The translations under genes were made by a program, and so were the position numbers. 37,959 nucleotides of DNA from a virus. The first letter of the stretch is position 1, and each line of letters starts with the position of its first letter. The notes beneath the pieces are model-generated. The model was not told where the DNA came from and searched no databases. It saw nothing but the letters and a program-made list of their open reading frames with translations. This document shows, piece by piece, positions 8,436 through 14,966 of this stretch. The stretch lies in IMG/VR virus record IMGVR_UViG_3300046692_000110; one strand, written 5' to 3'.

Positions 8436-8824
8436 TCCTTCACGCTCCCGCCAGCACGGATGATGGCTTTTTTAGCGATCCCCATGGCGTAGTTGAACCC
8501 GTCAGCATACTTGTCCACGGATCGGTCAATCATCCTCGGTGGAAGGATCACAGCTACGCTCGCCGCCCCATCCCTGAACCCTTGCGCCGCAGCGGTGGTC
8601 ATGTCGGCGGCGGTGTATGCCGGAGTGAGCCCGCCGCGCAGGTGCTCGATCATCTTGGCCTGCTGGGCGACCGTGGCTTTCAGGCCGATGATTTCCCAGT
8701 CCTGTTTGGTCATGCCGTCCATCGCTTCTTTTGCGCTTGGGGCGGCCTGACAACCGCCGTGCGGTGAGCACATGCCGGATGTGTCGCAGCGGCGCATTGT
8801 TCTCCTGCAAATCAAGTCACTCAT
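8432..8824 (-). CDS. Hypothetical protein with the N-terminal motif CRRTMRRCDTSGMCSPHGGC
   Basis: GGAGGAAGGC precedes the ATG. The Cys motif is shared with 9830..10204. Confidence 0.7.
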   Translation of the reverse strand: MSDLICRRTMRRCDTSGMCSPHGGCQAAPSAKEAMDGMTKQDWEIIGLKATVAQQAKMIEHLRGGLTPAYTAADMTTAAAQGFRDGAASVAVILPPRMIDRSVDKYADGFNYAMGIAKKAIIRAGGSVKE

Positions 8825-9033
8825 GCCTTCCTCCAGCTAGCAGCCGACACCCGCGCCCAGCGCTCTTGGGTGACGATGATGAAGTTACGGATACCGGTCA
8901 TGACCTTGTGCATCTCGCCGTCGAACTCGACGAACTGGCCGGCCTTGCGTTGTTCTGGCTGGCGGTCGATCACGTCGAGCAGCTTGCCGACCGCGCCGTC
9001 TGGGCGTCTTTCGTGTACGTCAAACGTTGCCAT
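8821..9033 (-). CDS. Hypothetical protein, 70 aa (MATFDVHE...)
   Basis: An internal ATG was chosen because the upstream part overlaps the better-looking ORF at 9020..9214. Confidence 0.5.
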   Translation of the reverse strand: MATFDVHERRPDGAVGKLLDVIDRQPEQRKAGQFVEFDGEMHKVMTGIRNFIIVTQERWARVSAASWRKA

Positions 9034-9214
9034 GGCGTTCCACCTCGATACGTTTCTGGATGCCAGCCCGGTAGCCTTCTGGCCTGAGCGAGGCGGTCTT
9101 TTCGATATTGGCGATGACGCGCTCGACGCCGCCGAATCGTTCATCTACTTGGCGCCCGGCCGCGATCAACTGATCAGCCAGGTTCCAGCCTTCTCTTTCT
9201 TCAATGCGAGACAT
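9020..9214 (-). CDS. Hypothetical protein, 64 aa
   Basis: ORF with normal amino-acid composition in the leftward operon. Confidence 0.55.
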   Translation of the reverse strand: MSRIEEREGWNLADQLIAAGRQVDERFGGVERVIANIEKTASLRPEGYRAGIQKRIEVERHGNV

Positions 9215-9381
9215 TGGATGCTCCGGCCGCGCGGGGCGGCAAGCTTGGGAATGGGGTTTCGTTAATTAAAATTGAGGGAAAGCGCCGAAAATTAAGATTT
9301 TCGTGGCGGAGTTAAGATTTTATGGGGGATACAACTGAAGGGATCAGCGGACGTAGATGAAGTAGAACCAGGCGAGGGCGA

Positions 9382-9840
9382 TCATTGATTCAGCTCCTTG
9401 ACCTTGTCGAGGCAGGCGTTCCAGCCGTGGGCCTGATACCACTCCGCATTGGTATCGGGGTAGTTATCTCGGCGCTCAGGTAGCACAACCGCTACCGACG
9501 CCTTCCCGTTTTCTACACCGCCCATCCATGCCTCATGGCGATCTTGAATCGCTTGCAGTTCGTCAGCCGCTACCGGCGCGGGCGGCGAGGTGTAGAGCTT
9601 CGTACCATCAGGCAGCCTTGGGCTTTCAAGTTGACCCCATGCAGTCCATTTCAGATAGCCTTGATAAAGACGATCAACTTCGGCCACCGGCTCTTGGCGC
9701 TCGACGACTGGGGCGGCGAGAAGGGACGCAAGTTCTGCTCTCGCCTGAAACCGGTCAGGTAGAAGTTTTTCACCATCAATCACGGGTAGCGCCAGTTTTT
9801 CCGCCAGCTCCCGCGACATGGTTACGGTTTTATTGGTCAT
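9382..9840 (-). CDS. Hypothetical protein, 152 aa
   Basis: Its start overlaps the upstream gene's stop. No motif recognised. Confidence 0.7.
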   Translation of the reverse strand: MTNKTVTMSRELAEKLALPVIDGEKLLPDRFQARAELASLLAAPVVERQEPVAEVDRLYQGYLKWTAWGQLESPRLPDGTKLYTSPPAPVAADELQAIQDRHEAWMGGVENGKASVAVVLPERRDNYPDTNAEWYQAHGWNACLDKVKELNQ

Positions 9841-10204
9841 GGTCGCTTGCTCCCGATTCGGTGGGTTTTAGGGCGGCGCACGCCTGCCAGTCATCCGACG
9901 TTATGTCAAACAACCCTTTAGATGTGCGCACGCTGAAAGTCGGTAACCAACCCGCGTTTGCCGCATAGTTGGCAAAAGGCGACAACACTTTCTCAAGCTC
10001 CGCATTCCGCCGCTCGGCGTCCGCAAGGCGCTGCTCGAAAATCTCCGATGGTCGCTGATTGCGAATGATGTCATTACTTCGCTTGCAGTCTGCCAGCTCT
10101 TCCCGCAAAGCAGCGAGTTCGGATTGGGCGGCGTCTCGGCATCCACCGTGAGGCGAACACATCCCTGGCGTCATGCAGTCAGACATCGATTTTCTACATA
10201 TCAT
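9830..10204 (-). CDS. Hypothetical protein with the motif CRKSMSDCMTPGMCSPHGGC plus a coiled coil
   Basis: AAGGAG lies 8 nt upstream of the ATG at 10204. It is an N-terminal paralogue of 8432..8824. Confidence 0.7.
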   Translation of the reverse strand: MICRKSMSDCMTPGMCSPHGGCRDAAQSELAALREELADCKRSNDIIRNQRPSEIFEQRLADAERRNAELEKVLSPFANYAANAGWLPTFSVRTSKGLFDITSDDWQACAALKPTESGASDHDQ

Positions 10205-10238
10205 TTCCAAAGCTCCTTGCCGTTTATGGGTGGCGCCC

Positions 10239-10334
10239 TCAGCTATCCGATAACCCGTTGTGGAACAGGCAGCACGCGGCAATGACTGCCAACACCGACA
10301 GCAACGCCCAGGCAGTGATGAAGTTCGTCAGCAT
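10239..10334 (-). CDS. Possible 31-aa membrane peptide (MLTNFITAWALLSVLAVIAACCLFHNGLSDS)
   Basis: Its start lies next to the stop of the upstream gene, and the core is hydrophobic. Confidence 0.35.
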   Translation of the reverse strand: MLTNFITAWALLSVLAVIAACCLFHNGLSDS

Positions 10335-10633
10335 GATTGAGCCCTCGTAGCCCTGATCCACGTTTGGAACGTCTGCCGGCAAAAGCCGATGTGCGCCTCG
10401 ATGTCGTCCCACTTCGTGCCATTGGCGCGCATATCCAATGCCATGTTCAGGTATTCGTCGGTGCATTCACGGCGCCGGCCTTTGTTGCCCAGCACGATCC
10501 CGGCGTTGTTCAGGTAGCGCACGACGGAGGCGTAGGAGCATCCGGCAGCGTCCATGATTTGATCTACTGAGTGTCCCGCCGCGTGCATTGTGAAAATAAG
10601 CCCGATCGAGTCAGGGGATAGTTTGGCTGTCAT
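10328..10633 (-). CDS. Small HTH DNA-binding protein
   Basis: HAAGHSVDQIMDAAGCSYASVVRYL is HTH-like. Confidence 0.6.
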   Translation of the reverse strand: MTAKLSPDSIGLIFTMHAAGHSVDQIMDAAGCSYASVVRYLNNAGIVLGNKGRRRECTDEYLNMALDMRANGTKWDDIEAHIGFCRQTFQTWIRATRAQSC

Positions 10634-10773
10634 GGCTCATTCCTCTGTGCATGAGCCCGTTGCCGGGCTTTTGAGCACTTGTCGTGGTTGCCTTTGCTGC
10701 GAGGTCGCTTGCAGATCTCGCAAGCGAAATGCAGTTCCATGTAGCCCGCAGCGAGCTTTCCTGTGGATGGCAT
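10630..10773 (-). CDS. Possible 47-aa Cys-containing basic protein
   Basis: Translated by hand as MPSTGKLAAGYMELHFACEICKRPRSKGNHDKCSKARQRAHAQRNEP. It has an ATGA overlap with the next gene. Confidence 0.35.
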   Translation of the reverse strand: MPSTGKLAAGYMELHFACEICKRPRSKGNHDKCSKARQRAHAQRNEP

Positions 10774-10812
10774 AGGGCCTCCCGGGAGTGGGTGAGGGTG
10801 AAGTTGGTGGGG

Positions 10813-11532
10813 TTATGCGGCGTCAGTCGTCATCGATCGAGAGGATGGTGAATGCTGTTGCTGCCACTCTTGGGTCTTGCCCGTTGCCAATGGCGCGGTT
10901 CCGGTCCATCCGATCGGCCATCCCATGAGGTTTTCCCAAAAATCCGGGTTCACATACAGCTTCCCGATTGGCGTTCCGCGCAATTTGTTCTGACTGCCGC
11001 CGACCTCCTGGAAAGTCCCCCCCCATCTGCTTGAGCCATGGCATGGAGTCGGCCACGATCCAGCAACGGGAGCGGGTGTGGGCGGCGCCAACATGGTTTG
11101 ATCCCAGCACTCCCCATCGTGCAGAGAACCCCATGTCGGCCAGGTCTCCGAGGACTGTTCCGAGCCCTCGATGAGTGAGAGCTGACGAGTTTTCCACGAA
11201 CGCGAATCGCGGTCGTACTTCGCCAATGATCCTTGCCATTTCCCGCCATAGTCCGCTCGACTCACCCTCGATGCCGGCCTTTTGTCCTGCCTGGGAAATG
11301 TCGGTGCAGGGGAAGCCGCCAGAAACAACGTCAACAGTTCCGCTCCAGGGGCGTCCGTCAAAGGTACAAACATCATCCCAAATGGGGAATGGTGGAAGGT
11401 GTCCTTCATTTTGGCGCTGCATGAGTCTCCTGGAGCAGAAGGAATTGATTTCCACTGCGCAGACTGTTCGCCATCCAAGGAGCTTTCCAGCAAGTATCCC
11501 GCCACCAGCGCCTGCGAAAAGTGCCAGCTCAT
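10813..11532 (-). CDS. Full-length overlapping ORF in the +1 frame of the methyltransferase (frame B, 239 aa), coding status unresolved
   Basis: No stop for 239 codons. It contains SWKTRQLSL, ETWPTWGSLHDGECW, WPTP and NPDFWENLMGWPIGWT. Confidence 0.35.
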   Translation of the reverse strand: MSWHFSQALVAGYLLESSLDGEQSAQWKSIPSAPGDSCSAKMKDTFHHSPFGMMFVPLTDAPGAELLTLFLAASPAPTFPRQDKRPASRVSRADYGGKWQGSLAKYDRDSRSWKTRQLSLIEGSEQSSETWPTWGSLHDGECWDQTMLAPPTPAPVAGSWPTPCHGSSRWGGTFQEVGGSQNKLRGTPIGKLYVNPDFWENLMGWPIGWTGTAPLATGKTQEWQQQHSPSSRSMTTDAA

Positions 11533-11536
11533 TCAT
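10823..11536 (-). CDS. DNA (cytosine-5)-methyltransferase, compact phage type (frame A)
   Basis: Ordered motifs are FAGAGGG (I), GFPCTDIS (IV), FVENS (VI), AAHTRSRCWIVA (VIII) and EPGFLGKPHGMADRMDRNRAIGNGQDP (IX/X). Confidence 0.85.
   Translation of the reverse strand: MNELALFAGAGGGILAGKLLGWRTVCAVEINSFCSRRLMQRQNEGHLPPFPIWDDVCTFDGRPWSGTVDVVSGGFPCTDISQAGQKAGIEGESSGLWREMARIIGEVRPRFAFVENSSALTHRGLGTVLGDLADMGFSARWGVLGSNHVGAAHTRSRCWIVADSMPWLKQMGGDFPGGRRQSEQIARNANREAVCEPGFLGKPHGMADRMDRNRAIGNGQDPRVAATAFTILSIDDD
11017..11024 (-). repeat. G8 homopolymer (C8 on the + strand) inside the methyltransferase locus
   Basis: Counted directly: gtCCCCCCCCatc. It lies between motif VIII and the C-terminal motifs of both frames. 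Confidence 0.9.
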
Positions 11537-11667
11537 TGGAACTCCTGCGTTGGTAAGTTTTGGTCATCGCGCCGTTGACCGTGTTGCCGCGCTTCAGCAC
11601 GACATTGGCCAGCTTCTCGCGGTCTTTCTCGCTGTGGCTGGCCTGACTGAGCAGGCCGAAGTAGCTG

Positions 11668-12114
11668 TTAGGCAGCCTTCTTCGGCTTTGGGCTGGCTTT
11701 GAGCGGAGTGGTCAACGCCTTCTCGACGCTCCAGCCAAGCCGCAGGCGCATGCTCAGTGCGTTGGCGGTCATGCCCACCTCTGCCGCCCAGTCCGCTACG
11801 TTTTTCGTGATGCCGCCATGCTCAAGCATCACGCAGTGTGTACGGTTCTTGTTCTGCGCGGCCTGGGTAACCCATCGGCAATTGCCGGGCTCGTAGCCTT
11901 TGGCGTTCTCGATGCGGTCCAGGGTCATAGCGCGATCAGGGCATTCCCCCATGTCGTCCCGGAAGTTTGCGAAGTAATGCCAGCGCTCACAGACCTTTAC
12001 GCCGAGCGCGCCGTAATACTTGTAGTTGCCGCAGGTGGGCGTATTGCAGCGCTGCATCATCGACTTCCAGCGGGCATAAGTCAGCGTGCCGCAGCCGCCA
12101 TGTTTGATTCGCAT
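11668..12114 (-). CDS. HNH/AP2-like homing-endonuclease-type protein
   Basis: YARWKSMMQRC...YYGALGVKVCERW..F.NF..DMG..P....TLDRIENAKGYEPGNCRWVTQAAQNKN is the typical stand-alone phage HNH pattern. GGAGAA precedes the ATG at 12114. Confidence 0.7.
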   Translation of the reverse strand: MRIKHGGCGTLTYARWKSMMQRCNTPTCGNYKYYGALGVKVCERWHYFANFRDDMGECPDRAMTLDRIENAKGYEPGNCRWVTQAAQNKNRTHCVMLEHGGITKNVADWAAEVGMTANALSMRLRLGWSVEKALTTPLKASPKPKKAA

Positions 12115-12326
12115 GTCGTTCTCCAATGCAGCAAGATCAGGTGTGGGCTCTTGTCCCGAGTCGAGTTAGCCCGGGCAATCAACATCAGCACGTCGATGCA
12201 CTCATCAATAACGCGCTTCCCGAGAGACTGCTTGAGATCTCGGGGAATGTTGCGGGTGAGATTCGTGGCCATCTGTAGCAGGCCGAGCGAACTTTTGTAG
12301 ATACTCAAATCCGTGTGCATTGACAT
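12081..12326 (-). pseudogene. Avd-like four-helix-bundle protein (DGR accessory type), apparently truncated after about 65 aa
   Basis: DLSIYKSSLGLLQMATNLTRNIPRDLKQSLGKRVIDECIDVLMLIARANSTRDKS fits the Avd / 23S-IVS four-helix-bundle pattern (IY.k...l, iPk..k..LG.ri, l.li..AN). The tail runs into the HNH gene and loses the pattern. Confidence 0.55.
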
Positions 12327-12347
12327 CGGCTTGCTCTCCAAGAGCAA

Positions 12348-12365
12348 CCGGCCGCAAGCGGCCGG
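12348..12365 (-). other. GC-rich hairpin with a 4-nt loop between the first variable gene and the avd-like gene
   Basis: CCGGCCG-CAAG-CGGCCGG is a perfect 7-bp stem. Confidence 0.7.
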
Positions 12366-12379
12366 ATTGAATAAATGAA

Positions 12380-13000
12380 TTAATCAATAAGCGTGCTGCG
12401 GACGGGGCGGACGCGGAGCTCGAGGTCCTTGCCGCTGAGGCTCTGACTGCCATCATCGAAGTTCATGTAGAATGCGCTGTAGGCGGAGCGCTGCGTTGAA
12501 GACCAGTAGGCGCGCGGCTTGAAGGCTTCGGGCCCGCCAGTTTGGAAGGCGGGCAGCGTGGTTTGAGCCGGTGAATCTTCGGTGTGCAGCAGGCCGACAG
12601 GCTCGCTGTTCGGGTTGTCACCACTGCGGGCGTACTGCCAGTTTTCATCGGTGGTCGGTTTAAAATGCCGATACTGCAGCTCCTGCACATCACGCGCCGG
12701 GATCGCCCAGTCAGTGAATCCGCCAATGTCCAGGTCCAGCACCTGCTGCGCCAGTTCGCTACCCGCTGCCGCCATCGCTTCAGTGTTCGCCCGACTGTTG
12801 GTGAAGCTGTCGGCGCCTTCGATCTTATCGCCGTACTCGCCCCAGGCACCGACCAGTTCATGCGCGGCACCTGCAGTGATGTTCAAGTAGCGCTTGCCGG
12901 TTTCCGGATCACGGGTGATACCGCTGAAGAACCCGCCGCCGAATGGTTGGCCGATTTCCGGAATGGTCATTGCGGGAGTTACTTGGGCTGTTGCGGTCAT
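12380..13000 (-). CDS. DUF1566 / Lcl C-terminal (C-type-lectin-fold)-like protein, paralogue 1, with a DGR-type variable C-terminus
   Basis: AGGAAAG precedes the ATG at 13000. The C-terminus is YWSSTQRSAYSAFYMNFDDGSQSLSGKDLELRVRPVR. Confidence 0.8.
   Translation of the reverse strand: MTATAQVTPAMTIPEIGQPFGGGFFSGITRDPETGKRYLNITAGAAHELVGAWGEYGDKIEGADSFTNSRANTEAMAAAGSELAQQVLDLDIGGFTDWAIPARDVQELQYRHFKPTTDENWQYARSGDNPNSEPVGLLHTEDSPAQTTLPAFQTGGPEAFKPRAYWSSTQRSAYSAFYMNFDDGSQSLSGKDLELRVRPVRSTLID
12396..12495 (-). repeat. Variable-region-like 100-bp block, copy 1
   Basis: It aligns without gaps with 13091..13190 and 16967..17066. 79 of 100 columns are invariant. Confidence 0.85.
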
Positions 13001-13024
13001 GGTCTTTCCTCTTTCCGAAGGCAG

Positions 13025-13046
13025 CAAAAAAGGCGCTGATGCGCCC
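13025..13046 (-). terminator. Hairpin with a 4-nt loop plus a T-run between paralogues 2 and 1
   Basis: On the minus strand: GGCGC-ATCA-GCGCC followed by T6. Confidence 0.55.
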
Positions 13047-13077
13047 GGTGCCAGATCAACAACGAATGAATGAAGGA

Positions 13078-13680
13078 TTAAATAAAGAATCTGCGGACGG
13101 GGCGGACGCGGAGCTCGTGGTGCTTGCCGTAGTCGCCCTGACGGCCACCACCGAAGCCCACGTAGAATGCGCCGTAGGCGGAGCGCTGCGAGCTCGACCA
13201 GTACCAGGTGTCTTTCGCGAATAACTCCGGCGCATTCACCCAGCAGAGGTACAGCTCGGCGCAGGCAGGCAGGTAGAAATCAGCGTGGCCATCGGCGGAA
13301 TACGCCGATGCAGCCTTGGCCGCAGGGTGATCCCCCTCGGTCTTCAGGGCTTCAGTGTTCGCCACCCCGTCAGTTTTGCTGACGGCCGCTGACGCCTTAT
13401 CGCGTCCGCCCCATTTGTGATCACCGACGTCTTCCTTGGCGATGATCAGGTAGTGCGCTGGGACAGCGCCGCGCGCTGCTACCAGCCCGCCGTTGAAACC
13501 CCCTTGTCCAGGCCATTCAGCGCCGAGTTCGGGTATATCCGTAGGCCCTACCGGTTGGACGTTGGCGGCGGGCGGAAGCACATGGGCAAACACACTGGCC
13601 ATTGCCAGCTTGGCCAACGATGAGGCTGGCATCTTGATCGTGGTTTCGCCATGTTTAAGAGTGATCATTTCGGCTTTCAT
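13078..13680 (-). CDS. DUF1566-like protein, paralogue 2, with a DGR-type variable C-terminus
   Basis: The C-terminus is WYWSSSQRSAYGAFYVGFGGGRQGDYGKHHELRVRPVR. The internal DGHADFYLPA motif is shared with paralogue 3. Confidence 0.8.
   Translation of the reverse strand: MKAEMITLKHGETTIKMPASSLAKLAMASVFAHVLPPAANVQPVGPTDIPELGAEWPGQGGFNGGLVAARGAVPAHYLIIAKEDVGDHKWGGRDKASAAVSKTDGVANTEALKTEGDHPAAKAASAYSADGHADFYLPACAELYLCWVNAPELFAKDTWYWSSSQRSAYGAFYVGFGGGRQGDYGKHHELRVRPVRRFFI
13091..13190 (-). repeat. Variable-region-like 100-bp block, copy 2
   Basis: See copy 1 (12396..12495). Confidence 0.85.
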
Positions 13681-14336
13681 TGAGATGCTTCCTTGTTTTT
13701 GGGGAAGAAGGCCGGATGAGGCCCTGCCTTACGTTTCGGATAGTCGATGCTGAATTTATCCAGGAGTCTGGCGAAAGTTTTGAACGATACGCCGAGCTTG
13801 ACCATGGCCTGATTGCGAGAAAGACCGATCTCCATGAACGCCTTGATTCTTTCTGCGTCCTTGGCATCCTTGGCGTCATCCGGCAGATAACGCTTCAAGT
13901 TTTGGCTGTTGTTATGGACGGCCGGCTGGAACCTGAATCCTGCATCGACTGCGATCTTTTGAAGGCTGCGCAAGCATATGCCGGTGGATTCAACTGCCTG
14001 GGCATATGTCATCGTTTCAGCCAACTTGCGGATTCTGTCGACCAGCTCAACTCGTTCTCTGGCTCGGGCTACGGCACGTTCCTCGCGCTCAAGTTCGCGC
14101 TGGGTGAGCTTGTCGACTTTGCGCGGCACAGGCTCATTCACAACCTTTGCCTTGATCGGCGATCTCTTGCGCCGTGGCGGCTCATTTCTCGTCGGTGGTG
14201 GCACAAAGCTTGGCCCCCGCAAGACCTCAATAGTCCCTCCGTGACTCAAAAACTCTTCCATCTTCAGGGCCAGTTCATGGCGTTGAGGGTCTAGCTCCTT
14301 GACCATGTTCAGATCGTTGCTGATGTAGGCGTTCAT
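13677..14336 (-). CDS. Hypothetical protein, 219 aa, probably DNA-binding
   Basis: A basic Pro/Arg-rich linker, a coiled coil and C-terminal HTH-like segments are present. No family recognised. Confidence 0.6.
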   Translation of the reverse strand: MNAYISNDLNMVKELDPQRHELALKMEEFLSHGGTIEVLRGPSFVPPPTRNEPPRRKRSPIKAKVVNEPVPRKVDKLTQRELEREERAVARARERVELVDRIRKLAETMTYAQAVESTGICLRSLQKIAVDAGFRFQPAVHNNSQNLKRYLPDDAKDAKDAERIKAFMEIGLSRNQAMVKLGVSFKTFARLLDKFSIDYPKRKAGPHPAFFPKNKEASQ

Positions 14337-14342
14337 GGATGA

Positions 14343-14966
14343 TCACCGTGGGATGCTTGCCAGTGTGGTTTGAACCAGCTCAAGGAATTTTGTGCGACGG
14401 TCTTCGAGGCGTTTCAGTTCGTCTTTGAAATCGTCGCGGGTTGACCGGTAGACGATGAGCTGGCTTGCCTCGGGAAATTCAGAGCAGAAGCTGACGAAGT
14501 CGACCCAGTCGCGGCCGGTGCAGTCGAGGTGTCCGACGAGTTGCCAGCGATAAGCCGGGTCGAACGATCCGCGCTTGAGAGTTGCGTAATGCACCGCGGC
14601 GGTGACGGATTTGATCTCAATTACGCCGTCGTGCTGGATCAATCCGTCCGGGCTGTCACCGTGATCGCCGCAGTCAAAGAACCCGCCATTCGTGACGTCA
14701 ACGAACTCGGCATCCTCGTAGAGCATGCGGGCAACGGGCTCCTGCTCGTGTCCGCGCTCCATGTGGTCGGTCGAGAAACTGAACTCGGCTTTGCGCCCGG
14801 TCGCCAGTTCCAGGGCGAGTTGCAGTGCGTATTTCTTTGCCGGTTCGCCGAACGCGTTGCCGTCGTTGGCCATGATGCAACCGAAGTTCGACGCGGTGGC
14901 CTTGCCCAAACGCAGAGCCTGCCATGCCTCGGTATTCTGAGGAACGTCATGCCACTTGCGATTCAT
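14343..14966 (-). CDS. YqaJ-type viral recombinase exonuclease (lambda Exo-like PD-(D/E)XK fold)
   Basis: QNTEAWQALRLGKATASNFG at the N-terminus, followed by ...GDSPDGL...VIEIKS... Confidence 0.8.
   Translation of the reverse strand: MNRKWHDVPQNTEAWQALRLGKATASNFGCIMANDGNAFGEPAKKYALQLALELATGRKAEFSFSTDHMERGHEQEPVARMLYEDAEFVDVTNGGFFDCGDHGDSPDGLIQHDGVIEIKSVTAAVHYATLKRGSFDPAYRWQLVGHLDCTGRDWVDFVSFCSEFPEASQLIVYRSTRDDFKDELKRLEDRRTKFLELVQTTLASIPR

Noticed and set aside
11537-11667. Candidate DGR template repeat in the gap between the HNH and methyltransferase genes
   Set aside because: It contains a few GTT triplets on the + strand but has no similarity to the conserved 17-nt and 21-nt VR flanking blocks.
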